In this document: positions 8,833-19,320 of the stretch, one piece after another | How the letters are laid out: every line of letters starts with the position of its first letter | How positions within the stretch are numbered: the stretch's first letter is position 1 | IMG/VR virus record: IMGVR_UViG_3300035564_000075 | Span: 20,631 to 84,630 of that record | Direction: 5' to 3' (one strand) | DNA length: 64,000 nucleotides | Source: a virus | Notes under the pieces: generated by a model | Seen by the model: the letters and a program-made list of their open reading frames with translations, nothing else | The model's database searches: none | Told to the model about the DNA's origin: nothing | Program-made: the position numbers and the translations under genes

Positions 8833-11800
8833 GAACAGTTTCTGATGCAATCACCAATGTAATCACCAAAGAAACGATGTACAAGGTGTTGCCTAGAATC
8901 ACTGCTTACAAATCACGTGTATATTTTGAGAATGCAGACCTAGACGACCACGCTCCTTCGTTGCCTTTACACTCTGGACAGATAGTTCTTCCAGAGGCTG
9001 TTACCCTATCTGCTACAGCCCACAAAGCCATAACAGTTGTTGTCAACACTGGAGTTATCAAGTTTCTGATTGAGGGAGACTCTTCTCCACTCACTCCACT
9101 TATTAGCAGTTCTCCGATCGTTGCAGATTACTTGAGCAGACCTGCATGGTATGGCAATAAGCTATATTACAGCAATGGCAGTGGCTGGCTTGAAACCACC
9201 ATTGATACAGATAAGGTAGTCGCAAGGAACACTGCATGCGCAAGTGCACCTTCTGTATGGTTGGATGGTGGTGTTGCCGCTGTACACATGGTAGGAGATG
9301 GACAGGCCATCTATGTGTATATCGAAGATGGAAGAGTCAACTTTGGCTATATTGATTCTAACAAGGATTACCACGATTGCCCAGGACACATCTTCGATCC
9401 AGTATGTGTTTTGGATGCAACCGTAGATGCTGGACTAATACATTATTCTACTGCCGCAAAAGTAGGTAACAAGATCTTTGCATACTTCAGCAGGTACGAT
9501 GGTGCCGTGGTGGGTGTTTACTATCAGACTGAAGACGGTATCAATGGAAGCTGGTCAGACTTCTTCGTTGCAATTCCAGAGGATCTAAGCGCATTCGACC
9601 TAACAAATGCTATAAGCGTCGATGGCAATGTTTTCCTAATAGGAAGATTCTATAGGAAGGATCAGTTTTCTGCCGATGCAGTATACACCTTGCTTCTACA
9701 ATCTCCAGATGGCATGACCTTCAATATGGATAGAAGGTCTCTTGTCACTACCATTGACGATCGCTTTGAAGTATTCTATGATAGCACTACCAAAGAAGTG
9801 GGATTCATTGCCAAGAACAAGTCATATCGTTCAACTGCTCCATTCTGGATGATAGGTGAAGATGCAGAAAGCATAACCATTGACATGGATTCTGTGTCTG
9901 GTTCTGTTACTTCTGGTTGGGCTGTGAAGCTGAAGTCTGGAGAAGAGGAATACTTTGCTAATGAATTGGTAGCAGAGGGAAACTTTGCCGATCTATACCT
10001 TGGTGTCGAGACAGGTGTTGCTGGAGATGAAGACGATCCTGGCTTTGAGTTTGTACACTATCACCAATGCGTTATAGAAAGTGTAGAGAAAGGTTGGGCC
10101 GATGGTGTTAGGGAGATGCAGATAAAATTACTACCTGCGGCTCTCTGGCAAACACAGTCTATGACACATCCCTTCTATATGGAATGGCAGGGCAAGCAGT
10201 ATTTGCAAGCCAAGATCCTGACCCTAGACAATTTGTATGCTGCCAGCGATAGTAATGGACAGCTATGGTCGCTATCACAGGACTTCTGGCAGGCAAGCAA
10301 TCCAAAGGCTTATGCGGTACAGACACATGCTGGACAACAAACAACTGATACATGGGCCGATGATCTCGTAGATTCTGCACTTGCTGTATCTTATCCCGAG
10401 TTCGGTTCTTCTGCAACCTACCAGATGAATATCTATGGCTGGTCTAGGGCTGGTATCCCTTCTTGCAACCCCAATGAGGCCGATTCTACCCCTACTTCCA
10501 CCCCTAATGATAAGTTCTATGGATTATTGCTGGTAGAAGACTTGGATGGTGTTGAACATACGATCGTAACAACGGATGGAGAACTTGCATCTAACCCAGG
10601 CTTCCCTATTGGAGACACATCACACACAAATCCTCCTCAGACATGGTTTGGTGCTGGCGTTAGGGCTGGTTCCTATCCTGTTTCTTATAACCTGAGCCGT
10701 TCAACGCATAGCATCTTGCCAGGATGGAAGATAAAGAAACTAGGAGTAAGGGTTGTCTCAGATCCTGCCAATGCCACGCACAGCACCACCTATTATCTTG
10801 AACGTGTGGATATGCCAAGGATTACCGTTGCATACTCTACAACGAGTAGTGTTGGTTTCGATGCGGTTACAGTTCCTAATACTGTATTCACCACGCAGAA
10901 AGGTGTTGCACAGATCCTGTTCTCTGTATCGCCTTACTCTACTTGGAACTTCGAGTTGAGTGGTAGGTTTACCTACATAGGACCATACTCTTATGTCGGC
11001 TTGATAGGACTGGCTACCGACAAAGACAACTTTGTAGTTGGATATGTGAGATCTGGCTATCTTGGACTTGCCAGAGTCAACCAAGGAATCCGCACTACCA
11101 TTCAGGAAGTGCCTCTTGCAGAACTGATAGAAGCAACCCATGTGGACGGAAGCAATCTCATCCACGATGGATTGACAGTTGATGTTCGCTTCTGGCACAA
11201 AGATGGCAACTTTGGTGTTGAGTACAAACTGCCAAGCACAGTTGATTGGCCTCTAAGGGGTAGTCAGCTTACTCATACATGGGAAACCGCAGATGGCGTT
11301 ATTGCCTATGAAGTTCCAGTTCCTACGCTAGAAGAAACTGGCATGAGTACAGATAGCACTGGTTCTTATGTCTACCATGTAGGAATCTATGCGATCATCG
11401 ATCCACCTAAGTTCCGTACAACCGGATTCCGTTCATCTGGTAGTATTGCACCTACGAAGCCATGCGATATAGATCCTTTCTCTGGATATTCTCAGCTATA
11501 CAGGTTTCCACACACAGGTAAGGTATCCTGCGATGATATAGTTTACAACTTTAGCTCAAAAGATGTCTCACTTTCGGGCGTAAGTGGATCATCTGGTGGC
11601 TATGGCAAGAATCCATACGACTACGATCCCGATACCCTAACAGGACAGTACCTGCCAAAGGCCAGGGGTCCTTATCTCATCTACAATATCCAGGACTGGG
11701 CTTGCTGCAACAAGGATCTTGTTGGTGGCTATCACTTTACTGGTACGCATGCTATTGAGTTCTCTGACTTCGCATGGCTATCCTATGATCCAGGATCTTA

Positions 11801-12266
11801 CATGATGTCATCTGCACAGGTGTACAGATATAGGACTCTGGCAACCTCAGATGGCATAGCGTGGGAAGCTGGTGCCGCATTCTGGATGCCATGGATCACC
11901 ACCAATAACAAGAAAGTGATGCAGATGGAAAGAATAAGAGTCTACACAGAGGGCGATGTCGTCATCAATCAGGATGTTGGCTCTGGAGATGTGAAGAAGG
12001 TGTGGTTGACAGATGCGCTCAAGGGTTTGTCTCTCGAAACTGCCAGAGATGATGAAGTCACACACGATGAAGGTACATTTGTCTATCTGCACAGTGGAGA
12101 CAAGGTTATCATCACAAACTTCATGGGTGTTAGCGGAGATCCGGACAATACCGTAGAAGGACTTCTTGCCAAACTATGTATTATCTCAGGTACACAGGCA
12201 TCCTTCCCTGGAGACACAACGCCTGCAAACATTACCCTTGCAAGTGGTGAAGAGGTAACAGTATGA
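8829..12266 (+). CDS. Large baseplate/tail-tip protein
   Basis: 1145 aa, acidic and beta-rich, starts MRTVSDAI as many tail-tip proteins do; follows the Dit-like gene. Confidence 0.55.
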   Translation: MRTVSDAITNVITKETMYKVLPRITAYKSRVYFENADLDDHAPSLPLHSGQIVLPEAVTLSATAHKAITVVVNTGVIKFLIEGDSSPLTPLISSSPIVADYLSRPAWYGNKLYYSNGSGWLETTIDTDKVVARNTACASAPSVWLDGGVAAVHMVGDGQAIYVYIEDGRVNFGYIDSNKDYHDCPGHIFDPVCVLDATVDAGLIHYSTAAKVGNKIFAYFSRYDGAVVGVYYQTEDGINGSWSDFFVAIPEDLSAFDLTNAISVDGNVFLIGRFYRKDQFSADAVYTLLLQSPDGMTFNMDRRSLVTTIDDRFEVFYDSTTKEVGFIAKNKSYRSTAPFWMIGEDAESITIDMDSVSGSVTSGWAVKLKSGEEEYFANELVAEGNFADLYLGVETGVAGDEDDPGFEFVHYHQCVIESVEKGWADGVREMQIKLLPAALWQTQSMTHPFYMEWQGKQYLQAKILTLDNLYAASDSNGQLWSLSQDFWQASNPKAYAVQTHAGQQTTDTWADDLVDSALAVSYPEFGSSATYQMNIYGWSRAGIPSCNPNEADSTPTSTPNDKFYGLLLVEDLDGVEHTIVTTDGELASNPGFPIGDTSHTNPPQTWFGAGVRAGSYPVSYNLSRSTHSILPGWKIKKLGVRVVSDPANATHSTTYYLERVDMPRITVAYSTTSSVGFDAVTVPNTVFTTQKGVAQILFSVSPYSTWNFELSGRFTYIGPYSYVGLIGLATDKDNFVVGYVRSGYLGLARVNQGIRTTIQEVPLAELIEATHVDGSNLIHDGLTVDVRFWHKDGNFGVEYKLPSTVDWPLRGSQLTHTWETADGVIAYEVPVPTLEETGMSTDSTGSYVYHVGIYAIIDPPKFRTTGFRSSGSIAPTKPCDIDPFSGYSQLYRFPHTGKVSCDDIVYNFSSKDVSLSGVSGSSGGYGKNPYDYDPDTLTGQYLPKARGPYLIYNIQDWACCNKDLVGGYHFTGTHAIEFSDFAWLSYDPGSYMMSSAQVYRYRTLATSDGIAWEAGAAFWMPWITTNNKKVMQMERIRVYTEGDVVINQDVGSGDVKKVWLTDALKGLSLETARDDEVTHDEGTFVYLHSGDKVIITNFMGVSGDPDNTVEGLLAKLCIISGTQASFPGDTTPANITLASGEEVTV

Positions 12267-13234
12267 CCACAAAAAAGGGCGCTGTCTCACTAAGATTTAC
12301 ATATACACCCAGTGATAGTGCTTATCTTCTGGTAAAGACATCCATCATTGGCATACCTGCCTATGAGCTAGATAGTTTTGGCTATCATCTTCTTGACATC
12401 AAGATTGTATCTGATTCAGATGGAAATGACAGGTATTTTTGGATCTCTACACTGCTGAATAGCACACCAGTTGATACAAGCGTTTTCCTGTTCTACAATA
12501 TTCCAACTGCTCAACCGATCGATGTATGGATATATCTATTTGACACCAATGTATCTGTCTACTTCAATGGCAATTGGGTTTATTCTTATGTGATGGCCTT
12601 CTCTGACTATCTATCCTACACACCTACTATTTCAATCAAGGCGGTAGGTGGCAGTATTGCGCTATCCAACATTCGCAGAGAGGAAATACCTGATCAACGT
12701 GATGCAGTGTATGTTGACTACGAATCAACTGGAGACAATGCCATCCAGTCTATCTATCAGCAACGTCCAGTTCTAACATCTCCTGATGTGGAGAATATTA
12801 TGAACTTTACCTATGGCGCTACATTGGATGAAGTGCCTTCGAACTTTGTAAGGCAATACAGCTTGGGAGAAGTAGTGCCAAGTGACCTGTCATCTGATGG
12901 ACTGGTGTACTACTATGACGTTGCTATCTCAGTTTCTGCAGAAGTTGCCAAGGAAGTTGGCTTTATCACCAGACTATACCGCTTGTCTGAATTGAATAGT
13001 GGTGGACAAGAGGCAACCAATAGGATTCAGAAGATTGCATTGGGACACAGACATCCTGTACAACTGGTTCAGCGACTAGATCCAAGGTTGCAACTGTTCG
13101 ATCGCATCATAATAGACCTTGTTGTATCTGGAACTGAAACACACATCACTGATGATATAATTGTTGAAGATATTGACATAAGTACTGTCAATGGAAAATA
13201 CGCCTCAACGATTACAGGAAGAAGGACTACATAA
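12263..13234 (+). CDS. Baseplate hub-like tail protein
   Basis: C-terminus LDPRLQLFDRIII...IVEDIDIS...YASTITG resembles the terminal barrel of gp27/Tal-like hubs; tail-module position. Confidence 0.5.
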   Translation: MTTKKGAVSLRFTYTPSDSAYLLVKTSIIGIPAYELDSFGYHLLDIKIVSDSDGNDRYFWISTLLNSTPVDTSVFLFYNIPTAQPIDVWIYLFDTNVSVYFNGNWVYSYVMAFSDYLSYTPTISIKAVGGSIALSNIRREEIPDQRDAVYVDYESTGDNAIQSIYQQRPVLTSPDVENIMNFTYGATLDEVPSNFVRQYSLGEVVPSDLSSDGLVYYYDVAISVSAEVAKEVGFITRLYRLSELNSGGQEATNRIQKIALGHRHPVQLVQRLDPRLQLFDRIIIDLVVSGTETHITDDIIVEDIDISTVNGKYASTITGRRTT

Positions 13235-16200
13235 TGTCAAAACTTGCTGGAAAGATGGTGAAGTTCGGAAAGCAGAAGCAGATCCCCGCAAAGATTATCG
13301 ATGTGCTGGGACCGCTTTGTTCTGTCAAGCTATCTGGTAATGGAGAGAAGCTGACAGGGCTCTCCTATGTTGGACCTACACCAGTCAAGGGACAGAAAGT
13401 TATTGTAAACTACCAGACAGGCACTCCATTTGTGCAGACTGGTAGCACATATGCTGCTGCCGAATATTCAGCACCTGCTACACCATCACCTTCAACATAT
13501 GCAGATGGCACCGATCGTTCTGTCTTTGGTTCAGTACATCTTGATAAGAACGGTATGGGTGTATGGAATGATGACATTCCAACTGGACAGATCTCTACAG
13601 ATGGAGACTCCTTCTTTGGCTCTAACCTGGACTATGCAGACAACACATCTCTTTCTATCTTCACCAATGCACAGTCTTACAATGGTGAGTCAATGGGTGC
13701 TGGCGACCTCCTAGTAGGAAGCAACTCATCTGGTTTCGCTAACGTATTCTGGGATGCATCTGCAAAACAATTGAAGTTCCGTGGTGGCACTACGGTTCAG
13801 GCATATGTTGCCACCGATGGTACGATCGTAGCTGGTGGTGGAAACGTAGTATTGAGCACCACTGGTATCTCTGCATCTGCAGGAACTATTGGTGGCTGGA
13901 CACTTGGTGCTAACTCTCTCTCTGCAACTGGTGCAGTGATCAGTGCGGCAGTACCATCTATCGCTCTAGGTGGTGCAGGCTATCGTACTGGAACGGGATT
14001 CTGGGTAGGAAAGGATGTAGATTCTGTCTTCAAGTTCTTTATTGGAGATTCTGTCATTGCACATAAGCAGTATATGTACTTTGATGGAGTAAACCTTGTC
14101 ATTACTGGTACATACTCTGGAGAAATGGACATCTCTGGAGTTACTTCAAACACGTTTACTATCAACAGTGATCTTACTGATGCAACTGCTCAACTTATCT
14201 TTGGCAGAACAACAGGCGGAAACGCTTCTATCGGTTATGATGGAAATGTCCTTACATCCGATAAGACTATCAATATTGCTACCCTAAACGAGGGCGTTTA
14301 TTATACCCTACAATTGGGCTCAAGCGATGGGACCTATGTTGTTTCCTATGCTGATGATGCTCTCAATAATCTTTGGGTAGGTGGTAACGTAACAACCGTC
14401 TACGGAGATTCAGAACTAAGCCTTCAGAGTGCTGCACAGATCACTCTGTATGGTACATCGGTTTATGCTGGAGAGGGAACACCCTTCAACCTATGGGATG
14501 ATATTATCGTAGGTGATTATGTGTTTTTTGTGGATGTATCTCAGGGAAATGTTGGCTTCAACACTGAACCAGATCCACAGTTTGTAGTTGATATTGGCGG
14601 TAATGCAAGAGTGCAAGGATACCTATCTGCAAAGATGGCTATGACCGTCAAGGATGTCTTGATGATCTGCCACTTCGATGGTCATGAACCATATGCGATC
14701 GATTTCAGTGGAGATCCTGGTGGTCATCGTGGACAAGTTGCTACCGTAGTTGGTGGAGTGCAGTATCGCCCTGGCAAGTTCTACAAAGCTGTGCAATTGG
14801 CTGAAGCAACTACCAATCTGGTACCAAATCCTAACTTGGGAACTAATACAACTGGTTGGCAATGGCAGGTCAATGCACAGGGTAGTGGTTATGGTCGTAT
14901 CACCAATGAGCAGGTACTATATGGAAATACCTGCGGTAAGGCTGTTTGCTCTGGAACTGGTAGTCGTGCAGTAGGAACTAACGGATACTGGACAAGACCC
15001 GCTGGTGCAGACGTCACTATATCAATCTATGTAAAGCCTCTCACCCACCCAATTCTATATACTATGGTAGCCTTCTCTGATAACTGGGCACAAAATCAGG
15101 GAAGCTCACCTGTAACTGTACCTGTTGGTGAATGGACAAGACTTACTCTTTCTATTTCCAATGCTACGTTGAATACTTGGCATAATGGTGGACTGGATCT
15201 GACCTTCTTCCTGATCGACAATAATGATGGAGTAGCTGAAACATGGCTCTTTGGTGCCGCGCAGATGGAAGCTGGCATGCACGCTACTCCATATCAGCCT
15301 TCAGACCTACTTGAAACTAACCATCGTGATGCCAGTCATCTACAGTACTCTCCTGAAGGCAATATCAATCTGGATGCTGGTTCTTTCGGCATGACCTATT
15401 ACAACTTTGGATACCTAAATGACTATCCTTTGGGCTTGTATGTTGTTATCGATAGCAACAACTATATCGCACAGTATTTCAATGCAGTTTCTGGTGGAAC
15501 TCCCTATGTCTACGTCAATTCTGGAGGATCTGGAGTCGTTGCAGGAGAATATGCCCCTCTAAGTATTGGTTGGCACCAACTTATCGCTACTTGGAAAACT
15601 GGAGAGCTATTACTCTATATAGATGGAGAATTGGTTAGCAATGCAGTTTACACGCGTCCTGTTGGTACTCCATCTATCATGTACCTTGGTTATGGAAATG
15701 CCAATGTCTTAATAGACGACTTCTTTACCGTTGATCGTGTCATGGAACCCGATGAGATTCGTGCAGTATATGACAGCGATGCACCTATCTTTGCAGAAAC
15801 TTCTGTATCTGCTTGGCGTAGTTCTCGCCACTATGTCTGGATGGATGATGAGGGCCTTTGGGCTCAACATCCAGATGGATCAAATGTATTTGCCATTTCA
15901 ACCTCAGATGGTAAAAGCTACTCTGGCGGAACAATGGATTGGGGCGATCTACTAATTGGTACTGAAGTATCCGGTATATACTGGGACTACTCTGAAGCCA
16001 AAATACAGATGTGGGAAGCTCAGCTTTCGCTATCCGGAGAAACGGGTAGCATTTCAATCGGTGACGATCCTCCTGTGTCCTGTGTTGATGGTACAGGTTT
16101 GTGGATAGACAAAGATGGTATCTATGGTCTAAGCAAGACAGGTGCAGTAACAACCCTTGAAGCTAAATTTGACGCTATAACTGGCAAGATCATGGCTGGT

Positions 16201-17334
16201 AGCGGAGTGGTGGTCATGGATAGCAATGGTATAACCATAACACCCGCAATATCCGAGAATGCCTATACCAATGGTTATAAGTTTATAAACACACTTGATT
16301 ATCTGGAGGGATTGTTCTCTTATTCTGCCAGCGACTTGGGCGTAACATGGACATATCTTACTCTTGAGAATTCCTCTCCGTATAGCGATTCGACTTACAC
16401 TTATACAGACGTAGTTGCAGCAGGTGATGCAGCAGGTATTGTTGTTATTGAGGCAAATGATACTGCTGGAGACACACCTGCTAGACTTCCTGGAGCAGGC
16501 ATTGCTAAGATAGTCTTGGTAGGAGATAGAGATAGCGATGGATCATACATTGATTTTCAAATCAGTGTTGCCAATGTGCCAGGAGACTCTATAGCCACAA
16601 TATTTCCAACAGGACCCGTATTCAATGGTGGTAAAATTGGCACAATTGACTTTACGGTTAGCACCCTTAATTATGATGCCATCTTTGTAGATTCCAGTGC
16701 CAATAGTATTGAAATCATGCACAATGCGGCAGGATATATTGGTTTCTTTGCAAAAGATCCAGTAGTCCAGCCTATTGCCACTACCGATCTTGGTACAGTC
16801 CTCTCTGACCTGGGTTTGCGTGCGGCTGGTACGGCATACCCCATTACCACATCTGGTGCCATCAGCATGACCGGATCTACGATCGCACTTTCCAAGATTA
16901 CTACCTATAACACGATTGCTACCGCAAATAATGGTGTCGCTTCTGAAATATACTCAAATACTTGGACTAGTCAAACTGCGGCAATTGGCGCTACTACACT
17001 ATATGCAGTACCTGCCAGTGGTGGTGGTTATTATCGAGTTACGTGGTTTGCTACCGTTACTACTGCCTCTTCTGGTGGTACTCCATCAAGCACTCTAGGT
17101 GGATCAACCGGATTCCAATTGAAATACACCGTAGGTGGAGTAGTCAAAACTACAACTCCTGTAGCAGTTACTTCGATGACCTCTACCACGAACAACACTG
17201 CCACTGCCGCTGTGTCTGGTGTTCAAGCATGTTACTGTGATGCCAGCACCAACCTGCAATTCCTATTCGGATATACTTCTGCTGGTACATCTCCAATGCA
17301 GTATCGGATCAGCGTCATTGTAGAAAAACTGTAA
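13234..17334 (+). CDS. Central tail fibre/receptor-binding protein (N-terminal OB-fold-like, carbohydrate-binding and LamG/ConA-like domains)
   Basis: N-terminus PAKIIDV..SVKL..PVKGQKVIV (spike OB-fold style); GTIGGWT fibre motif; EATTNLVPNP..AQMEAG..TPY CBM-like insert; GWHQLIATW..LLYIDGELV..IDDF LamG signature. Confidence 0.75.
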   Translation: MSKLAGKMVKFGKQKQIPAKIIDVLGPLCSVKLSGNGEKLTGLSYVGPTPVKGQKVIVNYQTGTPFVQTGSTYAAAEYSAPATPSPSTYADGTDRSVFGSVHLDKNGMGVWNDDIPTGQISTDGDSFFGSNLDYADNTSLSIFTNAQSYNGESMGAGDLLVGSNSSGFANVFWDASAKQLKFRGGTTVQAYVATDGTIVAGGGNVVLSTTGISASAGTIGGWTLGANSLSATGAVISAAVPSIALGGAGYRTGTGFWVGKDVDSVFKFFIGDSVIAHKQYMYFDGVNLVITGTYSGEMDISGVTSNTFTINSDLTDATAQLIFGRTTGGNASIGYDGNVLTSDKTINIATLNEGVYYTLQLGSSDGTYVVSYADDALNNLWVGGNVTTVYGDSELSLQSAAQITLYGTSVYAGEGTPFNLWDDIIVGDYVFFVDVSQGNVGFNTEPDPQFVVDIGGNARVQGYLSAKMAMTVKDVLMICHFDGHEPYAIDFSGDPGGHRGQVATVVGGVQYRPGKFYKAVQLAEATTNLVPNPNLGTNTTGWQWQVNAQGSGYGRITNEQVLYGNTCGKAVCSGTGSRAVGTNGYWTRPAGADVTISIYVKPLTHPILYTMVAFSDNWAQNQGSSPVTVPVGEWTRLTLSISNATLNTWHNGGLDLTFFLIDNNDGVAETWLFGAAQMEAGMHATPYQPSDLLETNHRDASHLQYSPEGNINLDAGSFGMTYYNFGYLNDYPLGLYVVIDSNNYIAQYFNAVSGGTPYVYVNSGGSGVVAGEYAPLSIGWHQLIATWKTGELLLYIDGELVSNAVYTRPVGTPSIMYLGYGNANVLIDDFFTVDRVMEPDEIRAVYDSDAPIFAETSVSAWRSSRHYVWMDDEGLWAQHPDGSNVFAISTSDGKSYSGGTMDWGDLLIGTEVSGIYWDYSEAKIQMWEAQLSLSGETGSISIGDDPPVSCVDGTGLWIDKDGIYGLSKTGAVTTLEAKFDAITGKIMAGSGVVVMDSNGITITPAISENAYTNGYKFINTLDYLEGLFSYSASDLGVTWTYLTLENSSPYSDSTYTYTDVVAAGDAAGIVVIEANDTAGDTPARLPGAGIAKIVLVGDRDSDGSYIDFQISVANVPGDSIATIFPTGPVFNGGKIGTIDFTVSTLNYDAIFVDSSANSIEIMHNAAGYIGFFAKDPVVQPIATTDLGTVLSDLGLRAAGTAYPITTSGAISMTGSTIALSKITTYNTIATANNGVASEIYSNTWTSQTAAIGATTLYAVPASGGGYYRVTWFATVTTASSGGTPSSTLGGSTGFQLKYTVGGVVKTTTPVAVTSMTSTTNNTATAAVSGVQACYCDASTNLQFLFGYTSAGTSPMQYRISVIVEKL

Positions 17335-17338
17335 TCAG

Positions 17339-17347
17339 TGTTATAAT
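17339..17347 (+). promoter_or_regulatory. Extended -10 promoter (TGtTATAAT) upstream of lysis-region genes
   Basis: TGTTATAAT in the short intergenic gap, followed by GAGGAG RBS and ATG at 17365. Confidence 0.6.
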
Positions 17348-17364
17348 ATCAACGAGGAGCTAAT

Positions 17365-17763
17365 ATGAAGAATCTCTCAATCTCAATTCCAACACGTTTT
17401 GGCATCGATGGTACTGTTTGGCAGGTTGTGCAGACCAATATTGACTGGAATCGTCGCACAGCGCACGTGGTTGTGTATGGTTGGGCTACCGAAGATACTA
17501 CTGCAAAGCCTATCGATCAACGTGTCTTTTCTTATGGTCCGAAGGACTTCCCGTTTGATGACTATGCAGCCATTATTGACACTTGCAATGCTCTTATCAT
17601 GGCAGAGGCACCAGTAACAGCAAAGCCATCTGAATTCGCAAAGGCAGTTGTTACTGATGCGGTTGTGCCAGAAAAGCCAGTAAAGGCAATTCCCCCAGGT
17701 GGAGAATCTTTTGTATCAGTTGCAGCAGCAGAAGCCATGAAGAAATCTAAGCCTGCTAAATAG
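17365..17763 (+). CDS. Hypothetical protein (possible fibre-associated protein)
   Basis: 132-aa ORF with GAGGAG RBS, directly after the fibre gene. Confidence 0.6.
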   Translation: MKNLSISIPTRFGIDGTVWQVVQTNIDWNRRTAHVVVYGWATEDTTAKPIDQRVFSYGPKDFPFDDYAAIIDTCNALIMAEAPVTAKPSEFAKAVVTDAVVPEKPVKAIPPGGESFVSVAAAEAMKKSKPAK

Positions 17764-17772
17764 GAGAAACAT

Positions 17773-18855
17773 ATGCTAATCAACGATCCCGTACTTGGAT
17801 TTGACGTATCATTGTGGACCCCCGTTATCAAGACGAACGAACTTGAGGACGGTGGTGTGAAAACCGTAGTAGTTGGCATCTATTCTGCCATTGATTCTAC
17901 CGGAAAGAAGGTTCTAGATCCTACCAGTAGAGCACAACTTACAGCAGTTGCTAAGAGTTCCATGGTTCTTCAGGCATATTATTGGGATGACATCACCCTT
18001 ACTGGTGAATCTCAGATGGCATGGCTACAATCTACCCTAAAGGCAGAAGGATTCCCTATTCGCTGGATGTGGTTGGATGATGAGCAGTGGTGGACAAACT
18101 GGGGTTCCTGGATGCTTGCAAAGCAGAACCAGATCCCATGGAGTTCTGTACCCTATGGCTCTTCTTTCAATATCTCCGGTCACTTTGGCAATACTGCAAG
18201 TATACTGTACAAGCTGACCAACCAGATGGGGGTGTATACCAATAATGGCTTTGTCTCATCTTGGGCCTCAGGCATGAATTCATGGCTATCTCTCTATCCA
18301 TCATGGATTCCATACTATGCACACCAGCCTAGTCAGGCAACGATCCTTACTTGGCAACAGGTAAAGGATCAATGGATGCCTACCTATGACCCTGGAAGGG
18401 CACCAGGACAGATCGCCAGCTTTGTCTATGGACACCAGTTCACTGGTGACGTTATGCTTCTCCCAGGTGCCTATGGCAAGTATGGCGCATACTCTCCAGC
18501 AGATGTGAATGTATTCTCTGCGGCATTCCTGAACAAGATCCGCAACAATCCAGCACTCTTTACTGGTGGTGTTACCCCTCCTCCAGTTGTAGTACCTCCA
18601 GTTGTAGTGACTCCAACCATTCCTTCGGTCAAGTACCATACCGTTTACCCAGTGAATGTGCGTGATTCCTTCTTGCAAAGCAGCACATTACTTGGTATAA
18701 TGGAGACAAATACTCATATTCTGGTTGACAAGGATGGTGGCACTGCACCCAATGTGTATCATCACTTCCTTGGTAAGAACCAGGACCCACAGGGAAGTGT
18801 CAAGTTCCCGAATGGTGGTTATGTGTATGCACAGTACTGCCATATAGATTCCTAA
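17773..18855 (+). CDS. Endolysin, GH25 muramidase-like with C-terminal SH3-like domain
   Basis: GFDVSLW start, WLDDEQ (DxE), GVYT, HQFTG and DVNVF motifs of GH25; Pro/Val linker, then VNVRDS..LLG SH3b-like domain. Confidence 0.75.
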   Translation: MLINDPVLGFDVSLWTPVIKTNELEDGGVKTVVVGIYSAIDSTGKKVLDPTSRAQLTAVAKSSMVLQAYYWDDITLTGESQMAWLQSTLKAEGFPIRWMWLDDEQWWTNWGSWMLAKQNQIPWSSVPYGSSFNISGHFGNTASILYKLTNQMGVYTNNGFVSSWASGMNSWLSLYPSWIPYYAHQPSQATILTWQQVKDQWMPTYDPGRAPGQIASFVYGHQFTGDVMLLPGAYGKYGAYSPADVNVFSAAFLNKIRNNPALFTGGVTPPPVVVPPVVVTPTIPSVKYHTVYPVNVRDSFLQSSTLLGIMETNTHILVDKDGGTAPNVYHHFLGKNQDPQGSVKFPNGGYVYAQYCHIDS

Positions 18856-18868
18856 TAGGAGAATACAA

Positions 18869-19318
18869 ATGAAACTCAGAATTTTCGATGCCGCTGCTCT
18901 GTTCACTGCACTTTCTTCCTTTGCTATTGAGAACAAAGTTCCTTTCTGGATGGCACATACACTGAATAGAAACCTAAAAGCACTGGCATCCAATGTCGAT
19001 CTAAAGTCATACGAAGAAGGCCGCATCAAGCTAATTCAGGAAACATTTGGTACTCCAGATGCCAGCGGAAACCTTAGTGTTCCACCTGGAAAAAAGCAAG
19101 CCTTTCAGGAAAAGCTGAAACCAGTCGGAGATAAAGAAGTTGAGTTCGATCTTGAGACAATTCCGATTAGGAATGTACCACCTAGCATAAATATCTCAAT
19201 GGCAGAGTACCTTGCACTTGAGAAGATCTTCACAGAGGATGTTGCTCCCACAACTACTCCGATCGTGCCTAAGAAGCGCCATACGCCAGCAAAGAAACCA
19301 GTTGCAAAGGGAGAATAG
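18869..19318 (+). CDS. Hypothetical helical protein
   Basis: 149-aa ORF with AGGAG RBS. Confidence 0.6.
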   Translation: MKLRIFDAAALFTALSSFAIENKVPFWMAHTLNRNLKALASNVDLKSYEEGRIKLIQETFGTPDASGNLSVPPGKKQAFQEKLKPVGDKEVEFDLETIPIRNVPPSINISMAEYLALEKIFTEDVAPTTTPIVPKKRHTPAKKPVAKGE

Positions 19319-19320
19319 CT

